A stretch of 32,000 nt of DNA from Candidatus Kuenenia stuttgartensis (GCF_900232105.1 NZ_LT934425.1:3300001-3332000); one strand, 5' to 3'; shown: positions 18,471 to 27,086, numbered from the stretch's first letter. Notes: generated by a model not told the origin, from the sequence alone. Program-made: numbers and translations.

Positions 18471-18504
18471 GGATTTTCTAAAAAACTAAAGTGTTACAAA
18501 ATCT
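18471..18504 (+). repeat. Copy of the recurrent intergenic motif
   Basis: ggattttctaaaaaactaaagtgttacaaaatct. It aligns with ggatttttgaaaaactaaaatattaccgtaattt at 20815-20848 and with the minus strand of 4870-4906. Confidence 0.55.
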
Positions 18505-18672
18505 GCATATTTTTAGCCGGACAATAACAATTAATCATGACAACCATTTCTCATAAAAAGGACAAAAATTGGGACTAATCTGCAAAGTCATATACCGCTA
18601 TCGTCAACTCTGTAAAAAATATTATTTTTGTATGGTCTCTTCGTGCCCTTTGAGATATTTTAAAAATATCCT

Positions 18673-19209
18673 ATGAATTTAAGTTACAAAGAACTTCCAT
18701 TAATAGATTTATTTGCTCAAAAGGTTGCAAGCACTCGAGAGAGAAAAAATACCGATAAAACACCCCATGATTATGCACTGGACAAGGTAGATGCAATGTC
18801 GGTTCTACATTGTGCAAATTTGCTCAATGACCAATACCTGAAAAATGCAATTCAAGCTTCAGAAAAGCATATGATCAAAACTCAGCCTCAACACAATAAT
18901 ATTCCGCAAAATACAATATCCATTAACACAAATAATAATCGACCAACCAGCAGAAAAATACCACACTATACCCATCTTATTGAATTGAATGGCCATTTGA
19001 TTTTTCAAGCAGCATGTTGCCTTCCGTTAAAAATATTTGCGGCAAGTCTTGACGGTAAAACCGTCTCTGGCAAGACCTTGTTTAATAGTCACTCAGATTC
19101 TGGCGGAGGAAAGTTGGTATATGAATTTTTGGGAACAGGAAAAGAATTAATAGTTGATTTAAAACGCAGGGAAAGCACCAACGTACAACGTCTGATTTTT
19201 CAAATATAA
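18673..19209 (+). CDS. Hypothetical protein (178 aa)
   Basis: ORF followed 4 nt later by a strong terminator. It has an N/Q/T-rich central linker. No recognisable motif. Confidence 0.5.
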   Translation: MNLSYKELPLIDLFAQKVASTRERKNTDKTPHDYALDKVDAMSVLHCANLLNDQYLKNAIQASEKHMIKTQPQHNNIPQNTISINTNNNRPTSRKIPHYTHLIELNGHLIFQAACCLPLKIFAASLDGKTVSGKTLFNSHSDSGGGKLVYEFLGTGKELIVDLKRRESTNVQRLIFQI

Positions 19210-19212
19210 AGA

Positions 19213-19248
19213 AAAAAATCCCTGAGTAATTCAACTCAGGGATTTTTT
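19213..19248. terminator. Bidirectional rho-independent terminator
   Basis: Core stem tccctgag (19219-19226) / ctcaggga (19235-19242), flanked by an A-run on the 5' side and a T-run on the 3' side. It lies between convergent genes ending at 19209 and 19278. Confidence 0.8.
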
Positions 19249-19277
19249 CTTTAGTAAAAATAGGGATTTTTGAAATA

Positions 19278-19739
19278 TTAAATCCATTCCTCGGATAAAA
19301 CGCCACCTTCAATACCTACGACAACCTGCTTAACCGGTATTTTACGAGTTGCCCTTTCTGCACCCTCTTTTGCTACCTGAACTAACCCAAAACAACACGG
19401 TACCTGCATGATCATTACAGTCAAAGTATTAATCTTTGCGTTATCAATTAAAGACTTTACTTTTTCTATATAGACCTCTTGATCCGAATCCAGTTTAGGG
19501 CAAGCAATAGCAATGCTTTTGCCTTTCAGATAATCCTTATGAAAATCAGCTAATGCAAAAGGAACACAGTCAGCGACCAACAAAATATCTTTTTCCTGAA
19601 AATAAGGCGCTTGTGGCGAAACTAGGTGCAACTGTATCGGCCACTGCCTTAACTGAGACTGGCGCTTGCCTGATTCACCCTCGCTCTGTTCTTCCTTTTC
19701 ACTAAAATCTATCGTTTTTGATCCTGGACAACCACTCAT
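19278..19739 (-). CDS. Cysteine-containing putative redox protein (resembles the C-terminal module of ferredoxin-fused Fe-S proteins)
   Basis: LRQWPIQLHLVSPQAPYF...LLVADCVPFA...IACPKLD...MQVPCCFGL matches a family I recall as annotated 4Fe-4S-binding/ferredoxin-domain proteins, but here without the ferredoxin domain. Its ATG overlaps the upstream stop (ATGA). Confidence 0.55.
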   Translation of the reverse strand: MSGCPGSKTIDFSEKEEQSEGESGKRQSQLRQWPIQLHLVSPQAPYFQEKDILLVADCVPFALADFHKDYLKGKSIAIACPKLDSDQEVYIEKVKSLIDNAKINTLTVMIMQVPCCFGLVQVAKEGAERATRKIPVKQVVVGIEGGVLSEEWI

Positions 19740-20539
19740 TTTACAACCTCCCTTAAAAATTTCTCTTCCAATTCAATAATAAAATTCTCGTACTTTCTTG
19801 GCAATTCATCCCCAACAGAAGCATCCGCATCATTACACCTTTGAAACATTTCACCTACCTGTGCGTCAGATAATTGACGATCAATCCAAGGATAAAGGAT
19901 TTCATCTTCTTTTTTGATATGTTGTGTAAGCAAATCCATGTATCCAAAAAGGTGTTCTTTTATCGCAGCTTTGTCACCACTTTTCACCCCCTCTACTACT
20001 TGCCGGATATGGTTTCTTCCTGTATCGTGATCTTTATACATAATTTGTATAACTTCAGCATTTTCATCAACGTATTTAAATAAAATATCCTCTTCCTTCA
20101 TATGATGATATTTGTCTGCATAATTACGTATAAAATCAACGCAACTTAACACAAGGTCTTTATCAAGTTCCATGCTGCTTTCAATATATTCAACAATGGA
20201 AGGTATGAGAGCCAAAAGTCGTTTAATAAGAACATGTTCATCCACAAGTTTTTTCACCGAAGGAGAATAGGTAATTTTCCTAGGAGCAGCCATCTTTGTC
20301 AAATCCACCTTTGGCTCAGGTACCTCCCTGTCCGGATAAATAGCCTTTTCTATCCTATACATCAACGTCGCTTCTTGCAGAGGATCAAGATTGTGAATTC
20401 CAACTATATCCTTCATTAAGCAGCTTCCAACAGAACATGGTGCACACCCTATGCCATATTCCTCAAGAATTTTGCCTACTTCCGGATAAGTATCAATAAT
20501 CCCCTTTATCTCTTTATTTAAGATATTTTCCAAAAACAC
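19736..20539 (-). CDS. RIC/ScdA-like di-iron protein (DUF1858 domain + hemerythrin-like domain)
   Basis: N-terminal DUF1858-type segment IIDTYPEVGKILEEYGIGCAPCSVGSC. Hemerythrin-type His/Glu motifs YHHMKEEDILF, HDTGRNH and HIKKEDEILYPW. GTG at 20539 immediately follows AAGGAGG, so the TTG at 20533 may be the true start. Confidence 0.7.
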   Translation of the reverse strand: MFLENILNKEIKGIIDTYPEVGKILEEYGIGCAPCSVGSCLMKDIVGIHNLDPLQEATLMYRIEKAIYPDREVPEPKVDLTKMAAPRKITYSPSVKKLVDEHVLIKRLLALIPSIVEYIESSMELDKDLVLSCVDFIRNYADKYHHMKEEDILFKYVDENAEVIQIMYKDHDTGRNHIRQVVEGVKSGDKAAIKEHLFGYMDLLTQHIKKEDEILYPWIDRQLSDAQVGEMFQRCNDADASVGDELPRKYENFIIELEEKFLREVVK

Positions 20540-20677
20540 CTCCTTAATTCAATACTATTATAGTGCCGTCAATCTCAATATTTAAGAAACCATTATAGCC
20601 AACGATTATATAACATGTCAAGCAAAGAAATAGGTGAAAATTTACCAGGGAATGCTGATATCAAGCTTTTTTGCCGC

Positions 20678-20706
20678 TTGCAATTATTGTTTGTTTTTAT
20701 TATATT
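20678..20706 (+). promoter_or_regulatory. Sigma70-like promoter upstream of def
   Basis: TTGCAA (20678-20683), a 17-nt spacer, then TATATT (20701-20706). Low confidence because of the AT-rich context. Confidence 0.3.
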
Positions 20707-20814
20707 CTAAAAAGTCGACTAGTCGAATTTAATCCGCTCTTAAATAATACATTTTCACACGTTAGCCATGGCTTTAGGCTATTCTATAAATGCGGTGAGG
20801 TTTAACGCATGGAC

Positions 20815-20848
20815 GGATTTTTGAAAAACTAAAATATTACCGTAATTT
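20815..20848 (+). repeat. Copy of the recurrent intergenic motif
   Basis: ggatttttgaaaaactaaaatattaccgtaattt, 68 nt upstream of the def start codon. Confidence 0.55.
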
Positions 20849-20915
20849 TTTTAAAAAGGGCTGTTATCTCCCAGACTTTTTTAAACCTTTATATTTTTCA
20901 GAAAAAAATAATCAA

Positions 20916-21428
20916 GTGAATATTGTTACTTATCCAGCCCCTGTATTGCGCCAAAAGGCAAAACCTCTGACAGAAATCAATGCAGATGTGTATAAAAAGG
21001 CAGAAAAAATGGTTGAATTGATGCGTCGTGTGCATGGTATTGGATTGGCGGCGCCACAGGTAGGCTGGTCTGTGCGCTTGTTCGTTATTGATGTTGTTGG
21101 AAATAATGTAGACGATAATGTGTTTATCAACCCATCAATTATGGAAGAAGCTGGTGAAACAAGTAATGAAGAAGGATGTTTAAGTTTTCCAGGCATTATG
21201 GGAAAGGTTATAAGAACCCACAAAATTAAGGTATGCGCGTATAATCTTAATGGACAGAAAATTGAGGTTGTTCTGGAAGATTTACTTGCCCGTGCATGGC
21301 AACACGAGCTTGACCATCTGAATGGATGTCTTTTCATAGACAGAATGAGCCCTGCCAGCAGACTTGCTGCATCTCAACAATTAAAAGAATTAGAGCAGTC
21401 ATATAAAAAAGACCGGGTTCCGGTTTAA
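20916..21428 (+). CDS. def: Peptide deformylase
   Basis: GIGLAAPQVG, EGCLSFPG and HELDHLNG motifs, 170 aa, GTG start. Confidence 0.95.
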   Translation: MNIVTYPAPVLRQKAKPLTEINADVYKKAEKMVELMRRVHGIGLAAPQVGWSVRLFVIDVVGNNVDDNVFINPSIMEEAGETSNEEGCLSFPGIMGKVIRTHKIKVCAYNLNGQKIEVVLEDLLARAWQHELDHLNGCLFIDRMSPASRLAASQQLKELEQSYKKDRVPV

Positions 21429-21481
21429 TACACTCTTTTGCAAAATCTGAAAAAGGGAGAAAAGGAACAGTTGGTTAAATT

Positions 21482-22444
21482 ATGAACGTTATTTTTATGG
21501 GAACTCCGGAATTTGCAGTTCCCAGCCTGAGTTTTTTGGCAAAATCAAGGTATAATGTTGTTGCCGTGGTAACACAACCAGACCGGCCAAAAGGAAGAAG
21601 CAAAAAACTTTGCCCTTCGCCGGTAAAAATCAAAGCTATGGAATTGGGATGGGAAATATTACAACCAGCCAATGTAAATGACGAACCTGTAATAAAACAA
21701 TTGAAAAGATATGCCCCTGACTTTATCGTTGTTGTAGCATTCGGGCAACTTTTATCCAGCCGAATAATCGATATTCCACGATTCAAATGTATAAATATAC
21801 ACTCATCTTTGTTGCCAAAATACCGTGGAGCCGCCCCTATAAACTGGGCTATTATAAAAGGTGAAACTATGAGTGGCGTAACCTCTATGGTGATGACCAT
21901 TAAAATGGATGCAGGTGATATTATTGCGCAAAAAAGCGCTTCAATATCCTCGGATGAAAACGCAGGGGAACTTGAAAAAAGATTATCATTTATGGGTGCT
22001 GAGTTGTTATTGGAAACATTGGATAGTATTGCAACAGAAACGGCGCGTTATAAGAAACAAGAGGAAGAAAAGGTGACTTTTGCCCCAAAACTGAAAAAAG
22101 AAGACGGATTGATCTCCTGGGTAGAAAAAACACAGGAAATTCATAATCGAATACGCGGCGTTACACCTCTTCCTGGGGCATATGCGTTTTACAATAAGAA
22201 CAACCTGCCAGAAACGAGAAAGAGGATTATTCTCTTAAAGACACGTATTCATGAGGGATGTAGCACGCAGGAATCTATTATACCGGGAACAGTTGTCGAA
22301 ACGGCAACCTGTGGAATTCACGTTGCAACATTGGATGGCTCTATTTGTATTACGCAGTTGCAACCTGAAGGGAAACGCGCAATGGATGCGCAGGATTTTA
22401 TTCGTGGTTACAAAGTTGCATCTCAGGACATGTTTACTGCATAA
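21482..22444 (+). CDS. fmt: Methionyl-tRNA formyltransferase
   Basis: MNVIFMGTPEFAVPSL, INIHSSLLPKYRGAAPINWAI, C-terminal OB-like domain. Conserved def-fmt order. Confidence 0.95.
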   Translation: MNVIFMGTPEFAVPSLSFLAKSRYNVVAVVTQPDRPKGRSKKLCPSPVKIKAMELGWEILQPANVNDEPVIKQLKRYAPDFIVVVAFGQLLSSRIIDIPRFKCINIHSSLLPKYRGAAPINWAIIKGETMSGVTSMVMTIKMDAGDIIAQKSASISSDENAGELEKRLSFMGAELLLETLDSIATETARYKKQEEEKVTFAPKLKKEDGLISWVEKTQEIHNRIRGVTPLPGAYAFYNKNNLPETRKRIILLKTRIHEGCSTQESIIPGTVVETATCGIHVATLDGSICITQLQPEGKRAMDAQDFIRGYKVASQDMFTA

Positions 22445-22475
22445 ACACTAACATTTTTATAAGAGGCCGATAATT

Positions 22476-22919
22476 ATGGAATTTATTGATAAGAAGTTTG
22501 TTTCTATCAATAATCTTATGGTAAAACTCAGGAAGAAAAAATGCTCTTCAAAAAACTTACTTATTCTCTTCCCGCATTGTATTCAACACTCGGCGTGTAA
22601 ACAAAATGTAAAGAACGATTTGAACGAATGTAAACGCTGCGGAAAGTGCAAGATAAAAGATCTGATAGAATTTTCTGAAGAATATGGCGTTCACATATCT
22701 CTTGCCACCGGAGGACGTATTGCCCTTCAAAAAGTAAAATCAGCAGAGATACACGGAGTTGTTGCTATTGCCTGCGAAAAAGAATTAAGAACCGGTTTGA
22801 TGGCCGCTGCCCCAAAAACCATTTTTGCAGTGCCGAATCTCAGACCACATGGATATTGCAAAGATACGGACGTATATATGGATGAAGTAAAAGAAGCAAT
22901 TGAAAAATTCCTCAAATAA
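22476..22919 (+). CDS. DUF116 domain protein
   Basis: LLILFPHCIQHSACK...CKRCGKCKI...GVVAIACEKEL pattern as I recall for DUF116. It sits between fmt and rsmB. Confidence 0.7.
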   Translation: MEFIDKKFVSINNLMVKLRKKKCSSKNLLILFPHCIQHSACKQNVKNDLNECKRCGKCKIKDLIEFSEEYGVHISLATGGRIALQKVKSAEIHGVVAIACEKELRTGLMAAAPKTIFAVPNLRPHGYCKDTDVYMDEVKEAIEKFLK

Positions 22920-24309
22920 GATTGATGTACGCCTTGAAAGTATTCGCATTCTGCGGAAGGTTGATGAAAAAGATGTTTTAGCACAGGAACTTGTTGAGGA
23001 GCGATGCCAACAAACGAATGTATCAAGGCGAGACAAACACCTTCTCCTTGAACTGGTAAACGGCATTACCCGCCATCGATTATCCCTTGATACCATACTT
23101 TCTTTCTTTTCTAAGATTCCGCCCCAAAAAATAGAACCCTGGTTGCTATATGCATTGCGTCTGGGAATCTATCAAATGATTTTTTTAGATAAAATACCTC
23201 ATTCAGCCGCGGTAAATACCTCCGTAGAACTCGTTAAAAATCTAATACGGCGCCCGGATGCTGCGCGGTTTGCCAATGCGATACTGCGTGCAGTAGACAG
23301 AACCATAAAGAATAAATATTCAGTCAATCATAAAAATGTCAATCAGCAAAAATTGTTATACAAGAAAGAAAACGTTTGGTGTGAGTTCAGCGAGCCAATC
23401 TTTCCAGACCCGGGGGAAAACCTTACATCATATATCGCAAAAAACTATAGCCATCCGGAATGGTTGATAAAGCGCTGGCTCACCAGATACGGGATAGACA
23501 AGACAATAGAAATATGCAAGGCGAACAATCACATCCCGACATTATCTCTGCGTATTAATCATAACAAAACTTCAATCAATGAATTTGCTTCCCTCCTGGA
23601 ACAGAATGGCATTCTTGCGCGTGTAATAGATAACAATGCATTGATAATAAACAAGAGTGTTGTTTCTGACATACCTGGATTTTCTAATGGATTATTTTCG
23701 GTGCAAGATATAACTTCCATGAAAGTTGGTACCTTTCTCATTGCAGAAACACCCACCGCCGGCGCAATCACCCTATTGGATATGTGCGCAGCGCCTGGGG
23801 GAAAAACAACACATATTGCCGAAATAATACAAAACAAAGGCAGCATTTACGCTTTAGATATTTCTCTGAAAAGGCTGCATCGTGTAAAAGAAAACTGCCA
23901 AAGACTAGGCATCAAAAACATTACCATCATCTGCTGTGATGCTTCAGAAGGAAAAATCCCCTTTCGCTGCAAATTTGACCGTGTGCTTGCAGACGTGCCA
24001 TGTTCCAACACCGGAGTGCTTTCACGGCGGGTAGAAGCCCGGTGGAGGATCACGGAAAAAAATATAAAACAGTTGGCGGCACTTCAATATTCTCTGCTAA
24101 AAACAGGTTCCACCATGCTTAAACAGGACGGTATTTTGGTATACAGTACCTGTAGTATCGAACCGGAAGAAAACCAGGAGGTAGTGCAAAAATTCCTTAA
24201 AAATGAACCACAATTTTATCTTGATAAAGAAGATTGCTATTCCCCGGAAATAAACAAAGGAGATGGTGGATATATGGCAAGGATACGGAAAAGAAATTTG
24301 GGGTGGTAA
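22900..24309 (+). CDS. rsmB: 16S rRNA (cytosine-C5)-methyltransferase RsmB/Sun
   Basis: NusB-like N-terminal domain, SAM motif LDMCAAPGGKT, catalytic DVPCSNTG and STCSIEPEEN. TTG start overlaps the DUF116 gene by 20 nt, so the start is uncertain. Confidence 0.9.
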   Translation: MKNSSNKIDVRLESIRILRKVDEKDVLAQELVEERCQQTNVSRRDKHLLLELVNGITRHRLSLDTILSFFSKIPPQKIEPWLLYALRLGIYQMIFLDKIPHSAAVNTSVELVKNLIRRPDAARFANAILRAVDRTIKNKYSVNHKNVNQQKLLYKKENVWCEFSEPIFPDPGENLTSYIAKNYSHPEWLIKRWLTRYGIDKTIEICKANNHIPTLSLRINHNKTSINEFASLLEQNGILARVIDNNALIINKSVVSDIPGFSNGLFSVQDITSMKVGTFLIAETPTAGAITLLDMCAAPGGKTTHIAEIIQNKGSIYALDISLKRLHRVKENCQRLGIKNITIICCDASEGKIPFRCKFDRVLADVPCSNTGVLSRRVEARWRITEKNIKQLAALQYSLLKTGSTMLKQDGILVYSTCSIEPEENQEVVQKFLKNEPQFYLDKEDCYSPEINKGDGGYMARIRKRNLGW

Positions 24310-24383
24310 TATATTGTGTGGAATTTTATTATATTTGTTATTGTGGTATACAAAAATTATACAGTAGAAATATTATTATACTA

Positions 24384-25688
24384 TACTCAAACGGATTGAA
24401 AATTCAATGTAGAGATCCCCTTTAACTATGGTAAACTATTGACCTATGAAAATTACCCTAACCGAAGAGCAGAAACAAAAGCTGGAAGAACAGCACAAAA
24501 CCGAAAGAGATAGTAGAATATGCGATCGGATAAAGGCTGTATTATTGGCTAACGAAGGCTGGACTCAAAGGCAAATAGCTCAGGCATTACGCATACATGA
24601 AACCACGGTATGGGGTCACGTAAAGGATTACGTAATTCAGGAAAAATTAAAACCAAGCAGTGGCGGCTCTTCAAGTAAGTTGAATGAACAGCAAACGATA
24701 GAGATAATATCACATTTAGAACAAAACACCTATTCATCAACCAAAGAAATCATTCAATACGTCCAAGACACTTATGGTGTAAGTTATACGCAACAAGGCA
24801 TGCATGATTGGCTGATTAAGCACAAGTTTTCGTATAAAAAGCCTAAAGGGGTTCCCGCCAAGTTCAATAAATTACGGCAAGAAGCATTTATTCGGGAATA
24901 TGAAGAATTAAAAGCCAACCTCGGACCTGGCGAGGTTGTGCTGTTTATTGACAGTGTCCACCCTACTCAAGCGACAAAAATTACCAGTGGTTGGATTAGA
25001 AAAGGCGTAGAAAAGATGATAGCTACCGTTGCAAGCCGGAGTAGAATAAACCTAACTGGTGCAATTGATTTAAACACCATGTCGATTATTACTCGTGAGT
25101 ACGAGACCACAAATGGTAGCGCTACCGTTGACTTTTTAAAGGCAATCGAAGCAGCACACCCTGCATCCGCTAAAATTCATATAATCGCTGATGGTGGCGG
25201 AGCCCATACGTCAAATGAAGTAGGATTATTTTTATCAGAAGCAAATGCAGTAAACCGATTATTTTTAGATGAAACGTACGGGATCAAATTACCTGGCAAT
25301 AGCGTAAAATTACCGAAGAAAATGAAAGTACAGCTAAAATCAATTGTAGAAAAAGAGGCACAATTGTTTAAGGATCATTCAATTTTAGATGTTGACAAAT
25401 TAACTGCGCGTGAATTATTAGATACGCTAAAAGCACCACAACCGCATCCTAAATTAGTGATGCATATCTTGCCACCCTATAGTCCCAATTTGAACCCAAT
25501 TGAAAGAGCGTGGAAGGTAATGAATGAGCATGTCAGAAACAATAAGGTATTCGATTCATTTACTGAATTCAAAGCTAAAATCCGTACGTTTTTTAGTTCA
25601 ACCTGGAATATCATTTTACCTGATTTGACAGACAGAATTAATGATAATTTCCAGAAGCTGAAACCAGTGGTTTCAGTCTGATTGAGTA
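24384..25688 (+). mobile_element. IS630-family insertion sequence (second, different copy)
   Basis: Inverted repeats tactcaaacggattgaaa (24384-24401) against the reverse complement of 25671-25688 (tactcaatcagactgaaa), 15/18 identical. TA precedes the left end. The TA on the right side is offset by 2 nt, so the exact tips are uncertain. Confidence 0.65.
24446..25681 (+). CDS. IS630-family transposase with extended D-to-E spacer
   Basis: HTH N-terminus, FIDSVHPTQ, IIADGGGAH and LPPYSPNLNPIERAWK. By my count 104 residues separate the second Asp from the Glu, versus 35 in the copy at 9027-10064. Confidence 0.85.
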   Translation: MKITLTEEQKQKLEEQHKTERDSRICDRIKAVLLANEGWTQRQIAQALRIHETTVWGHVKDYVIQEKLKPSSGGSSSKLNEQQTIEIISHLEQNTYSSTKEIIQYVQDTYGVSYTQQGMHDWLIKHKFSYKKPKGVPAKFNKLRQEAFIREYEELKANLGPGEVVLFIDSVHPTQATKITSGWIRKGVEKMIATVASRSRINLTGAIDLNTMSIITREYETTNGSATVDFLKAIEAAHPASAKIHIIADGGGAHTSNEVGLFLSEANAVNRLFLDETYGIKLPGNSVKLPKKMKVQLKSIVEKEAQLFKDHSILDVDKLTARELLDTLKAPQPHPKLVMHILPPYSPNLNPIERAWKVMNEHVRNNKVFDSFTEFKAKIRTFFSSTWNIILPDLTDRINDNFQKLKPVVSV

Positions 25689-25820
25689 CATACGATATAA
25701 AATTATAAGGTAATTTTTGAAACACTAAGCAACAATTTTACCTGATAATAGTGTTTTTCTCAAGTTATCAGGGCAAATGATTGTGATAATCAATGGTTGG
25801 CTGTTAAAGAGGAGGTAAAT

Positions 25821-26567
25821 ATGATAGAAATCATCAAAGCAGATAGTCGTCATTTTTCAAACTTTGGGTGGCTCAAGACTTATTGGTTATTTTCTTTTTC
25901 TAACTATTTTGATCCACATAACATTCAGTTCGGAGCTTTGCGGGTATTTAATGATGACATCGTTGAGCCCGGAAAAGGCTTTCCAACCCATCCACATGAA
26001 GAAATGGAGATCATCACTATTGTTTTAGATGGTGAGATGACCCATGAGGACATTATGGGTAACAAAACCGTTATAAAAACCGGTGATGTGCAGCGCATGT
26101 CGGTAGGAACAGGACTTACCCATTCTGAATTCAATTTGGCCCAGGAGCCGGTGCACTTTTATCAGATATGGATATTCCCTGACAAGTCTGGACTGAAACC
26201 AACATATGATCAGAATAGATACGAAACGGCCAAATGGGAAAATCGACTTTTGCCTGTGGCATCCGGCCAAAATATACCGGAGACAGTATCTTTTCATACT
26301 GACGCAACAATCTATCGGTGCTCGTTGGATGCAGAAAAGGAAGTGACTCATGAGGCGACCGCTGGACGCAGGATTTTTATTTATCTTGCTGAGGGGCGAA
26401 TCTCAATAAACAATGAAACGTTGAATGCCAAAGACCAAGCACGCATTGATCTCGAAGAACCCCTTGTTCTCAAAGCTCAGCAGCCCTCTGATCTTATCCT
26501 GATTGACGTTCCCTCATGCAAGGGATGGGGCTACAGCGAAGAGACTCTGAAGGGTAAAGAACAATAA
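25821..26567 (+). CDS. Pirin-family protein
   Basis: FPTHPHEEMEIITIVLDGEMTHED cupin metal motif, two cupin halves. The ATG at 25821 is preceded by AAAGAGGAGG. The ORF track's earlier TTG at 25797 is less likely. Confidence 0.88.
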   Translation: MIEIIKADSRHFSNFGWLKTYWLFSFSNYFDPHNIQFGALRVFNDDIVEPGKGFPTHPHEEMEIITIVLDGEMTHEDIMGNKTVIKTGDVQRMSVGTGLTHSEFNLAQEPVHFYQIWIFPDKSGLKPTYDQNRYETAKWENRLLPVASGQNIPETVSFHTDATIYRCSLDAEKEVTHEATAGRRIFIYLAEGRISINNETLNAKDQARIDLEEPLVLKAQQPSDLILIDVPSCKGWGYSEETLKGKEQ

Positions 26568-26582
26568 AAGCCAACAAAAAAA

Positions 26583-26611
26583 TTCAGCGGACGCAAAAAG
26601 CCGCGTCGCTG
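26583..26611 (+). terminator. Bulged GC-rich hairpin after the pirin gene
   Basis: tcagcg(g)acgc / aaaaagcc / gcgtcgctga: 10 pairs with one bulged G. It is followed by atttaat, a weak T-run. Confidence 0.4.
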
Positions 26612-26641
26612 ATTTAATCGTTAGATCATCTAAAAAGAGTC

Positions 26642-27086
26642 ATGGATTTACTAAAATCTATCAAAGAAAAGTCAAAATACTTTGCTGAGACAGTAGAAGA
26701 CCAAGGGGTATTAAGTGTAATTTCGCATATAGAGATTGCAAAACGACACTATGAGGGCGGAAAAAAATGGCGACAACTATTTGTATAATGATGTTGTCTA
26801 TGGATGCAATCAGGCTTTTGAAGGATCATTGAAGGAAGCATATGGAATAATTACAGGGGATGACCCAAATAAAATTATGCCCCACCAGATAGAAAAATAT
26901 TTTGAACAGAACAGCGTGCTAAGAGAATGTGTACTTACACTATTTACAAATCACAGAATGGCGTGGAGAAATAAATCTACACATGATTACAAACTGTATT
27001 TTTCAGAGCATGAGGCATTTTTAGCAATCGTAAATATTTCAGAATTTATCAAAATCCTCTTAGACCAAATGATTGAAAAAAGGTAA
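26642..27086 (+). pseudogene. HEPN-like protein gene disrupted by a +1 frameshift at an A7 tract
   Basis: ATG 26642 opens a 48-codon frame (MDLLKSIKEKSKYFAETVEDQGVLSVISHIEIAKRHYEGGKK...) that stops at 26786-26788. The +1 frame is open from 26733 and continues NGDNYLYNDVVYGCNQAFEGSLKEAYG...WRNKSTHDY...*. The frames overlap across AAAAAAA (26761-26767). RNxxxHxY is a HEPN (DUF86-like) motif. Confidence 0.55.
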
